A DNA stretch of 64,000 nt, from IMG/VR virus record IMGVR_UViG_3300025087_000038, positions 63,008 to 127,007 of that record; one strand, written 5' to 3'. Origin of the DNA: a virus. Position 1 is the first letter of the stretch, and every line of letters begins with the position of its first letter. Position numbers and translations under genes: made by a program. A model generated the notes under the pieces. That model made no database searches and had not been told where the DNA came from. It worked only from the letters and a program-made list of their open reading frames with translations. Positions 1 through 7,759 of this stretch are shown here, in pieces.

Positions 1-4
1 GAAA

Positions 5-979
5 ATGCCAACTAATTTAAAAGTAGAAGTAGTAGAAATAGGAGAATTAGAAAAACATCCCAATGCCGATACACTATCAATAGTAAAAGTAAAAGGATGG
101 CAATGTATAGTAAAAACAGACGAGTTTAAAGATGTAAAACTGGCGGCGTATATTCCTATTGATTCCTTGATACCGGAAAGTCTTCAGACCGTTATACCAG
201 TAAAACGAATAAAAACTATAAGACTGAGAGGAATAATCTCGCAAGGAGTTTTGTTACCAGTAAGAGAGAATTGGAAAGCGGGGGATGATGTAAGCGAAGA
301 ATTGAGGATAACTAAATATGAACCGCCAGAGCCAACAATACTGGGTGGCGAAGATACCTATACCCCTGAAGGGTTTATAAAATATACCGACATAGAAAGA
401 ATTCAAAACTACCCAAACATAATTACTCCTGATATGGAAGTAGTAATAAGTGAAAAGTTGCACGGAACCAACTTTAGGGTTGCTATGCTGGATGGGAAGT
501 TTTACGTGGGTAGCCATAGAAATACAAAGAAAAGGGCAGAAGGAGATAAAAAAGAAACCGTTTATTGGCAAATGGCGTTACAAGAGGATATAGAGAATAA
601 ACTAAGACGTCAGGGGTATAACAACTTAGTTTTGTTTGGGGAGATATTCGGGTCAGGAATACAGAAATTGCATTACGACTGTGTCCAGAATGAAAGGAAG
701 GTTGCATTCTACGATATTTGGCAAAATGGCGGATACTTAGATTTTAATAAGTCTTGGAATTGTATATTAAAATTAGAACTACCCTGCGCACCAATTTTTT
801 ACCAAGGCAAATTTGATATACCGTTAAGTTTGTATGACGAAAGAAAAACATATTATGGCGGGGCGCACAATATAGAAGGAGTAGTAATAAAACCAGTAAA
901 AGAAATGTTTAATGAAGAAATTGGAAGGGTGGTATTGAAATACATTTCGCCAGTGTATTTGTTGAGAGGGGGTGAATAG
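5..979 (+). CDS. ATP-dependent RNA ligase (DRB0094/Rnl2-like) with N-terminal tRNA-binding OB-like domain
   Basis: N-terminal HPNADTL...RLRGIISQG; nucleotidyltransferase motifs SEKLHGTN (I), FGEIFG (III), FYDI (IIIa), EGVVIK (IV), LKYIS (V). Confidence 0.85.
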   Translation: MPTNLKVEVVEIGELEKHPNADTLSIVKVKGWQCIVKTDEFKDVKLAAYIPIDSLIPESLQTVIPVKRIKTIRLRGIISQGVLLPVRENWKAGDDVSEELRITKYEPPEPTILGGEDTYTPEGFIKYTDIERIQNYPNIITPDMEVVISEKLHGTNFRVAMLDGKFYVGSHRNTKKRAEGDKKETVYWQMALQEDIENKLRRQGYNNLVLFGEIFGSGIQKLHYDCVQNERKVAFYDIWQNGGYLDFNKSWNCILKLELPCAPIFYQGKFDIPLSLYDERKTYYGGAHNIEGVVIKPVKEMFNEEIGRVVLKYISPVYLLRGGE

Positions 980-1283
980 AATGGGTAAAAATAATATTAA
1001 TGCAGGTTTTGGTAATATAGTGAAAGAAAAAATAGATTTAGAGCAGTGTGGGATTTACCAGATGGGTTTGACAACAAGTGAGATAAAAGAATACCTAAAA
1101 AAGAGGGCTGGGATAACAAAGTTAGGGCGCCTTTACGAAAAGTTTAACAGGATTGCTGGAGTAAACACTGTGGGCGCAGGGAGGTGTGAATTCTGCGGTA
1201 AGCAGTTTTCGCTGATGTATAGGCATGATGTAGAGCGGTTTACTAATTTGTTACTTAAAGGAATCCCCACCTATTTTGATTAG
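972..1283 (+). CDS. hypothetical protein
   Basis: ORF overlapping the ligase stop; one CxxC. Confidence 0.5.
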   Translation: MNRMGKNNINAGFGNIVKEKIDLEQCGIYQMGLTTSEIKEYLKKRAGITKLGRLYEKFNRIAGVNTVGAGRCEFCGKQFSLMYRHDVERFTNLLLKGIPTYFD

Positions 1284-1297
1284 CTTTTTAGAATTCC

Positions 1298-1307
1298 GTA
1301 GTATAAT
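1298..1307 (+). promoter_or_regulatory. recurrent phage promoter motif GTAGTATAAT (extended -10)
   Basis: same 10-mer in intergenic gaps at 1298, 2184, 3197, 10253, 28325, 39278, 43749, 50845 and 60819, with variants at 28530 and 52542; each lies shortly upstream of an RBS/ORF. Confidence 0.7.
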
Positions 1308-1462
1308 AGATATGAAAGGAGGTAGTAGATGAAAATTAAGGTAGAGTTTATAGTTGAATCAGCTGATTATGGTGAAGAGGAATTTAGAAAGGAAATTGAA
1401 ACCCTTATTAAAGATATTGACCCCGAGACAAAACTTTTAAGTTTTGAGATGCGCGAGATATC

Positions 1463-2176
1463 ATGATAAAACTAAATGCTGAAGAGAAAACATTCTTTAG
1501 TATTCAAGGAGAAGGACTTCAGATAGGTAAACCTGTAGTATTTGTTAGGATGGCCGGTTGTAATTTCCGTTGTCGGTGGTGTGATACGGTCTATGCTCTA
1601 ACAACAGCTGGGGCATTAGAGCTAACAACAGCCCAGTTGATGCGAGAAATAAGTCAGTATGGCTGTAAAGATGTAATTCTTTCAGGTGGCGAACCTTTGA
1701 TTTATCTGAAGAATGGGTTAGAGGAATTGGTAGATAGTTTATTAGGAAATTGCTACGATATTCAGTTTGAAACTAATGGTATTGTTTTTCCAGAATCTTT
1801 ATCTCACCTTAGAATTTTTTGGAGTGTAAGTCCAAAGTTAGGGTCTGCTGGGGATGGTAGTGAAAGAACCTGGAATAATATTCAAAGTTACATTGACAAA
1901 TGTCCTGGTAGACTTCAAATTAAAATAGTAATTGCTAGTAAGGGGGATTTTAAAGAACTATTTGAAGAAAAATTATTAAGGTTTGAAGATATAAAAAGGA
2001 AAAGAATTCCTTTAATTCTTCAACCAGAGGGGCAATACGAATTGGTGGAGTATCGGCAAAAGTGTGAAGACTTAGTTAAACTGGTAAAGGAAAACTGGCA
2101 ATTAGTTAAGGATTACAACTTAAGGGTTCTGTTTCAGTTTCATAGATTTATCTGGGGTGTAAGGAGAGGCGTTTAG
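1463..2176 (+). CDS. queE: 7-carboxy-7-deazaguanine synthase (radical SAM)
   Basis: FFSIQGEG, VFVRMAGCNFRCRWCDT, SGGEP, ETNG, SPK, QxH C-terminus. Confidence 0.92.
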   Translation: MIKLNAEEKTFFSIQGEGLQIGKPVVFVRMAGCNFRCRWCDTVYALTTAGALELTTAQLMREISQYGCKDVILSGGEPLIYLKNGLEELVDSLLGNCYDIQFETNGIVFPESLSHLRIFWSVSPKLGSAGDGSERTWNNIQSYIDKCPGRLQIKIVIASKGDFKELFEEKLLRFEDIKRKRIPLILQPEGQYELVEYRQKCEDLVKLVKENWQLVKDYNLRVLFQFHRFIWGVRRGV

Positions 2177-2183
2177 AAATTTT

Positions 2184-2193
2184 GTAGTATAAT
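2184..2193 (+). promoter_or_regulatory. GTAGTATAAT promoter motif
   Basis: exact copy of the recurrent intergenic motif. Confidence 0.65.
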
Positions 2194-2409
2194 ATAGATG
2201 AAGGGCAAAAGAAATGGAATTGTGGAATGGTGTTTCTGTCAGAAAAAGAGTTGCTGAAGTAAACATGAGACGCAAAATAATAGAAGGAGAGCACCCTTTT
2301 TCTGAGTGTATAACCACAATGTTGAAAACCCCAAAACAATGTTTGAGCAAAAAGTGTATTATTGGGTTATTGATAGATGTAATAGAAAAACAAAAAAGAA
2401 GGAGAAAGT

Positions 2410-3108
2410 ATGAAAGCGGTTTGTTTGTTAAGTGGCGGATTAGATAGTGGCACGACAGCAGCAATAGCAAAAAGTCAAGGTTATGATTTGTACTGCATTA
2501 GTGTAAACTACGGTCAAAGACTAAGTAAAGAGTTAGAAAGAGCAAAGCGGGTTGTAAAGGCTTTAGAGGTAAAAGAACACAAAGTTTTAGACCTTTCTTT
2601 TCTAAAAGAACTAACAAAAGGGGCAACAGCCTTAACTGATGAAACAATAGAAGTACCGAAAGACAGAAATTTAAGTGAAATGTCAGCTAAGATTCCAATA
2701 ACTTATGTTCCAGGTAGAAATACAATTTTACTTAGCATTGCAATGAGTTACGCAGAGAGCATAGACGCTGAAGCGATTTTTATTGGAGCGCATTATTTGG
2801 ACTATTCTGGATACCCAGATTGTCGTCCAGAGTATTTTCAAGCTTTACAAAAGGTTATAGAATTAGGTACTAGAGTAGGAACAGAATTAGGAAAACCAAT
2901 TAAACTTGAAACCCCGATTTTGATGTATAGTAAAAAAGAAGTCATTAAGAAAGGTTTAGACTTAGAGAAGCAGCTGTGTGTTGAATTTCTCAAATACACT
3001 TGGAGCTGCTATGAAGGGTTGGATAAGCCTTGTGGTACTTGTGATAGCTGTAAGATACGGCAAGCAGGCTTTGACGCTTTAGGAATAATTGACCCTGCTT
3101 TTTTATAA
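2410..3108 (+). CDS. queC: 7-cyano-7-deazaguanine synthase
   Basis: SGGLDS, YGQR, TYVPGRN, YPDCRPEY, TWSCY...CGTCDSC. Confidence 0.95.
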   Translation: MKAVCLLSGGLDSGTTAAIAKSQGYDLYCISVNYGQRLSKELERAKRVVKALEVKEHKVLDLSFLKELTKGATALTDETIEVPKDRNLSEMSAKIPITYVPGRNTILLSIAMSYAESIDAEAIFIGAHYLDYSGYPDCRPEYFQALQKVIELGTRVGTELGKPIKLETPILMYSKKEVIKKGLDLEKQLCVEFLKYTWSCYEGLDKPCGTCDSCKIRQAGFDALGIIDPAFL

Positions 3109-3196
3109 AATTTTTGAAGGATTTTTGTAACTGTATGGAATAAAAGGAGTTATATAAGCATTTTTTGAATAAAAAGCGTGGCCTTTTTTGTATTTC

Positions 3197-3206
3197 GTAG
3201 TATAAT
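3197..3206 (+). promoter_or_regulatory. GTAGTATAAT promoter motif
   Basis: exact copy of the recurrent intergenic motif. Confidence 0.65.
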
Positions 3207-3226
3207 ATATACAGAAAGGGGGAGAT

Positions 3227-3616
3227 ATGGAGACTGATTGTCAGCATGAAAAGTATTGTACTAAAGAGGGGAAAGGTTGGGTTTTTACTTGTTTTAACCC
3301 AACGAAGATGTTAGATAAAGGTTGTTCTATATATGAAGGAAGGAGGGGAAAAGTAGCCAGAAAAGATAAAGGAGTGTTAGTAGTAAGACCGTTGAGTGAA
3401 GAGGTTTTACAGGAAAATATAAAAAAAGGAGGTAGAGAAATGGCAGAAGAAGCAACCGCAGTAAAGGCAAAGACAGTGAAGGACGGAACACCAAATAGGG
3501 TGAAGTGCACCGTTTGTAGTAAAGAGAAGTTTACACGTCCTGATAGGTATTTGCAGTTGCAAAAGGACGGAAGAATAGACACCTACGTATGTAGAGCGTG
3601 CCGACCTGAGAAGTAG
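3227..3616 (+). CDS. small Cys-rich/zinc-finger protein (possible internal start at 3440)
   Basis: CTVC...CRAC pairs; strong GGAGG RBS before the internal ATG. Confidence 0.45.
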   Translation: METDCQHEKYCTKEGKGWVFTCFNPTKMLDKGCSIYEGRRGKVARKDKGVLVVRPLSEEVLQENIKKGGREMAEEATAVKAKTVKDGTPNRVKCTVCSKEKFTRPDRYLQLQKDGRIDTYVCRACRPEK

Positions 3617-3643
3617 TAAGGTTATTGAGGTAGATAGTAGTAA

Positions 3644-3958
3644 GTGAGAGTACCTTACAAAGATACTCTCACTTATAATTATTACGGAGACATTGTGGGA
3701 CAATCTAAAAAATTTAAACAATTTATGACTGAATGCAAAAATTTTGAGAAGTTTGAAGAGTTAGTAAAATTAGGTTTAAAAGGAATAACTCTCGGCGAAA
3801 AAAAATATCCAAAAGATAAATTTCTTAAAACAGATATGATTAATTCCGTTAAAGAAGAAATACGAGACATAGTGGTTTACCTGTTTTTTCTTTACCTTAA
3901 AATAGATAAATTAGAAAAAGGTGTTACTCAAGACCTTTATGAATGGAAAAATAAATGA
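3644..3958 (+). CDS. putative MazG-like all-alpha nucleotide pyrophosphohydrolase
   Basis: G.KKY...EEIRD..VY acidic helix pattern; directly upstream of the DpdA-like gene. Confidence 0.4.
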   Translation: MRVPYKDTLTYNYYGDIVGQSKKFKQFMTECKNFEKFEELVKLGLKGITLGEKKYPKDKFLKTDMINSVKEEIRDIVVYLFFLYLKIDKLEKGVTQDLYEWKNK

Positions 3959-4707
3959 TTGCATTATCTCATACTGTTCCTACCAAATACTTAGATACTT
4001 TTAGTTCTTATTCTACTTATTGTTTAGTATTGGCGCATTTAGTAGGCGATGATAAGGACTACACTAAATTTTTTCAAGAAGAAAAAAGAAAAGGAAAATA
4101 TATTGTCTTAGACAATGGTGCTTACGAAAAAGGTATAAGTATTCCTGATAAAGACCTTTTACAGAAAGCTATTTTACTAGGGGCAGACGAAATAATTTGT
4201 CCTGATGTATGGAAGGATTCTGAAAACACCATCAAACGAACTAGAGAGTTTTTACATTACGTTAACGGAGAAAGTAAGTTAAAAAATTTTCAGTTTATGT
4301 TTGTACCGCAAGGCGAAACGCTTGAAAAATGGATTTTTTGTTTTAATAATTTAAGCGTCATTCCTTTGTTCAATACTTTAGGGTTAAGTTTTATAGCCGT
4401 TCCAATAAAACGAATATGGATATATGAATACATTTGGGAAACCAATACTAGGTGCGTTCACCTTTTGGGATTAGAGAATTGTGGAAATTTAGAATTAAAA
4501 TATTTTAGTAATTTTAAAGAAGTTATTAGATGCGATACAAGTTCAGCTTTTCAATTCGCTTTCGAAGGAATTGAATTAAAGGAAAAACTTCCTTATAAGA
4601 GAATTGTACGAAAATTAGATTTTAATACTGAATTTGATGAGAAACTTTTGCCTTTGTTCAATCGTAATATGCAAGTGTTAAATAATTGTGGAAAAGGGAG
4701 TAAATGA
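3955..4707 (+). CDS. DpdA/TGT-like guanine transglycosylase (7-deazaguanine insertion into DNA)
   Basis: LDNGAYE, PDV, VPQG, HLLG and CDTSS motifs in TGT order; lies between queC and folE. Confidence 0.65.
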   Translation: MIALSHTVPTKYLDTFSSYSTYCLVLAHLVGDDKDYTKFFQEEKRKGKYIVLDNGAYEKGISIPDKDLLQKAILLGADEIICPDVWKDSENTIKRTREFLHYVNGESKLKNFQFMFVPQGETLEKWIFCFNNLSVIPLFNTLGLSFIAVPIKRIWIYEYIWETNTRCVHLLGLENCGNLELKYFSNFKEVIRCDTSSAFQFAFEGIELKEKLPYKRIVRKLDFNTEFDEKLLPLFNRNMQVLNNCGKGSK

Positions 4708-4916
4708 TAAAATTACCAAAAGGATATAAGGCAGTTAAGGATAGCACTGTAGGAATAAGTTACGTTAATAAAAATGGAAATATTGTATTTCAGCACCCCA
4801 AAGACTCGGATGTTACAAGGCGGTGCTTAAAAGAATTTATTAGAGTACGTAGAATAAGAGAAAAGGAAGCGCAAAAATTACAAGCAAAAATAGGCAAAGG
4901 AGGAGTAAATGGATAA
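4704..4916 (+). CDS. hypothetical protein
   Basis: coupled ORF between the DpdA-like gene and folE. Confidence 0.5.
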   Translation: MIKLPKGYKAVKDSTVGISYVNKNGNIVFQHPKDSDVTRRCLKEFIRVRRIREKEAQKLQAKIGKGGVNG

Positions 4917-5469
4917 AGAAAAAATAATTAAGGGGGTAACACAAATATTAGAAGGACTAGATGCAGATTTAAGTTTACCTGGATTAAAGGATACCCCAAA
5001 AAGAGTAGCTGAAACATATTTAAAATTGTGCGGTGGCGATGAAGAAACCGTTGAAGAGATACTTGGTAGGACATTTGTTGATGAAGCAACGGATGAACTA
5101 ATTTTAGTAAAAAATATAGATTTCTTTTCATTATGCGAACATCATCTTTTACCTTTCTATGGAAGAGCGCATATAGGTTATATTCCTCGAGATAGAAAAG
5201 TTTTGGGGTTAAGTAAAGTGGCCAGATTAGTAGAAGTTTATTCAAGAAAATTACAACTACAAGAAAGAATGACTTCACAAATTGCTCACGCAATAGATAA
5301 ACACCTCTCCCCTTGGGGAGTAGGTGTAATAATAGAAGCAAAACATCTTTGTATGGCAGCGAGGGGCGTAGAAAAAGTAAATCATGAAACTACTACGAGT
5401 TGTATGTTAGGAGCAATGCGAAATAACTATGCTGCAAGAGAGGAGTTTATTTCCCTTATAAAAAGATGA
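4909..5469 (+). CDS. folE: GTP cyclohydrolase I
   Basis: [40 protein letters not shown]. Confidence 0.95.
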   Translation: MDKEKIIKGVTQILEGLDADLSLPGLKDTPKRVAETYLKLCGGDEETVEEILGRTFVDEATDELILVKNIDFFSLCEHHLLPFYGRAHIGYIPRDRKVLGLSKVARLVEVYSRKLQLQERMTSQIAHAIDKHLSPWGVGVIIEAKHLCMAARGVEKVNHETTTSCMLGAMRNNYAAREEFISLIKR

Positions 5470-6269
5470 ACATTATTTGCCGGGATTCTATTGAATGGTT
5501 AAAGGAGCAACCCGATGCTTCAATCGATTTGGTAGTTACAGACCCTCCATATAATTCTACTATAGTTTCTTGGGATAATAAGACGGACGAATGGCAATTT
5601 CAGTGGTTACAAGAAGCAAAAAGAGTGTTGAAAGACGGAGCAAGCTTTTACATGTTTTTTGCACCAATGAATATGTATGGGGTAGAAGGTTGGGTTAGAC
5701 AAAACCTAACACTACGAAATATTATAGTTTGGCATCACGCTAATTTGTATGGTGCTGGGATGGGCTATGGAACGGATAGATATAAGAGTACTTGGGATGT
5801 AGTTTTATATGCCGTAAAGGGGAAGAAAGCAAAACATGGTAAACATGTCGCTAGTGTTGCGTATTTAGAAACAGGTAGAGGATTTGATGTAATGATTTAT
5901 CCTCAGCCAAGACCTCTTTTACACAAAGCACAGAAGCCGTTAGATTTAATAAAGAAGTTTGTTATTTGTAGTTCAAATGAAGGTGATGTAGTATTAGATC
6001 CATTTTGCGGGGCTGGAACTACAGGGATAGCTTGCAAGACGTTAAATAGAGATTTTATTTTAGTAGACAATGATCCAAAGTGTATAGAAATTATAAATAA
6101 AAGACTTGAAAATATAGAAAGGTTAAAAGAGTTTGATAAAGAGTTATGGTTAGAGATGCGAGAGAGTAGACTGGAAGAAGAAAAGAATAAGTCTAAAAAC
6201 CTTTCAAGTCGATTAAATAAATGGAAAAAGGGAGATGGAAGTAGTAAAATTCAAGAAAACGCATCCTGA
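5466..6269 (+). CDS. site-specific DNA methyltransferase (N6-A/N4-C, beta class)
   Basis: TDPPY precedes H..QKP and [11 protein letters not shown]. Confidence 0.9.
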   Translation: MNIICRDSIEWLKEQPDASIDLVVTDPPYNSTIVSWDNKTDEWQFQWLQEAKRVLKDGASFYMFFAPMNMYGVEGWVRQNLTLRNIIVWHHANLYGAGMGYGTDRYKSTWDVVLYAVKGKKAKHGKHVASVAYLETGRGFDVMIYPQPRPLLHKAQKPLDLIKKFVICSSNEGDVVLDPFCGAGTTGIACKTLNRDFILVDNDPKCIEIINKRLENIERLKEFDKELWLEMRESRLEEEKNKSKNLSSRLNKWKKGDGSSKIQENAS

Positions 6270-6291
6270 TGCAAAAACGCCAACTAAACAT
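6235..6291 (+). CDS. dut: dUTPase N-terminal segment (putative exon 1); unspliced frame reads on to TAA at 6333
   Basis: [19 protein letters not shown] is a typical dUTPase N-terminus; too short for the ORF track. Confidence 0.7.
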
Positions 6292-7393
6292 TTAGAAGCC
6301 GCTTGTTGGGATTTGTATTCAGTAAAGGAATAATTTTATGAATTGTTTGTATTGTAACAAGGTATTAGAACATACTCAAAAGAAGTATTGTAGTAAAAAG
6401 TGCTCTGGTCTTGCCACTCAACCCGGAGGGTTTTTTCGGAATTGTTTGTTTTGCGATAAAGAATTTTGGGTTCAACCAGTTCGTTCTAACAGTAGAAAGT
6501 GGTGTAATGCTGAATGTGAGAATGCTTACCGTAAATTCTTTAGGATGAGAACTTGTAAGCAGTGCGGTAAAGAATTTGAAACTTATAATAAGGGGGATAT
6601 TAGGATATTTTGTAGTAAAAAATGTTCATCAATAGCAAAACAGAAAAGAGTTAAGAAACAATGTATAATTTGTGGAAAAGAATTTGAAGTACCGGATTAT
6701 GCCGCTGAAACTGCGAAGGTATGCGGTAGAAAATGTTTAGGTCAGTTTAATTCTATTAATTTAAAAAAATATTATAAAGAACACCCTAAGAAGAGAAATT
6801 GGATACTAGTAAAATGCCCTGTTTGTAGTAAACAATTTGAAACCTTTCCTTATATGTTTAGGAAAAACCCTAACATTACTTGTTCAAGGAAATGTAGATC
6901 TAAATTAGTTTCATTGAAATATCAACAAGGATTGATTAAACCAAGTAGTTTTAAATCAAGAAAGTTACAGGCTTTAAGATCTATTACTAGACTTGTAGGA
7001 GATATTGATAGTAATTTACGATTTAGAAAATTTCTTGTACAACCAAACTCACTTGAAGTAAAATTGTTTGATTTATTTACTTCAATAAAGTATGTGGGTA
7101 ATAAACAAGTATGTGTTAGATTTAACGATGGAAGAAATAAATTTCCAGATTTTATTGTAGAACCCTTTGAAGCTACCAAAAAAGTAATAGAGGTTGCTGG
7201 TTTGTATTGGCATACTAAAGAAGAAATGGAGGAAATACAAAAAAAGTATGCGGAAGTTGGAATTAATTGTTTGATCGTTTATGATTATGAAACTCAAGAT
7301 ATGACAATATTAAAGGAGAAAGTTTTTAAGTTTATTACAAATCTTACGTGTTTTCAACAAGCACAAGCGGAACATTTATTATTGCGGGGTTTG
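6292..7393 (+). mobile_element. endonuclease-carrying intervening sequence (putative intron-like element) in dUTPase
   Basis: removal joins ...PTKH|YDGDVGLDL... in frame; 6299-6306 pairs with 7363-7370 and 6307-6317 with 7336-7346. Confidence 0.6.
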
Positions 7394-7759
7394 TATGATG
7401 GCGATGTTGGACTAGACCTTAGAAGTACTGTAGATGTTATAATTCCTAAGGGGGGTTATAGATTAGTGCCCTGCGGTATTAAAATTAAAATTCCAAAAGG
7501 CTATTACGGAAACTTGGTAGGGCGTAGTTCTTTAGCAAAGCAAGGGGTGTTTTGTCATAATGGTACGATTGATAATGGGTTTACTGGGGAATTAGGGCCT
7601 TGGTTGTACAACTTAGGTGAAAAAGCTTATTCCGTTTCTGAGGGTGATAAGGTTTGCCAGATAGTAATAAAAGAACTTGTTAATGTAGATTTAGTAGAAG
7701 TAACCGAATTAAGTCAAAGTGAAAGAGGAGAAAAAGGCTTTGGAAGCAGTGGAAAATAA
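6338..7759 (+). CDS. zinc-finger-repeat Vsr/DUF559-like homing endonuclease, in frame with the C-terminal dUTPase segment (7394-7759)
   Basis: five CxxC...CSxxC-type repeats; FPDF...KKVIEVAGLYWH nuclease motif; then dUTPase motifs GDVGLDL, GRSS, GTIDNGFTGE, QIVI, RGEKGFGSSG. Confidence 0.8.
   Translation: MNCLYCNKVLEHTQKKYCSKKCSGLATQPGGFFRNCLFCDKEFWVQPVRSNSRKWCNAECENAYRKFFRMRTCKQCGKEFETYNKGDIRIFCSKKCSSIAKQKRVKKQCIICGKEFEVPDYAAETAKVCGRKCLGQFNSINLKKYYKEHPKKRNWILVKCPVCSKQFETFPYMFRKNPNITCSRKCRSKLVSLKYQQGLIKPSSFKSRKLQALRSITRLVGDIDSNLRFRKFLVQPNSLEVKLFDLFTSIKYVGNKQVCVRFNDGRNKFPDFIVEPFEATKKVIEVAGLYWHTKEEMEEIQKKYAEVGINCLIVYDYETQDMTILKEKVFKFITNLTCFQQAQAEHLLLRGLYDGDVGLDLRSTVDVIIPKGGYRLVPCGIKIKIPKGYYGNLVGRSSLAKQGVFCHNGTIDNGFTGELGPWLYNLGEKAYSVSEGDKVCQIVIKELVNVDLVEVTELSQSERGEKGFGSSGK

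Noticed and set aside
6292-7393. Canonical group I intron, group II intron, BHB intron or intein in dut
   Set aside because: No room for or sign of P3-P7 or domain V; the BHB geometry does not fit cleanly; a stop codon and frame change exclude an intein
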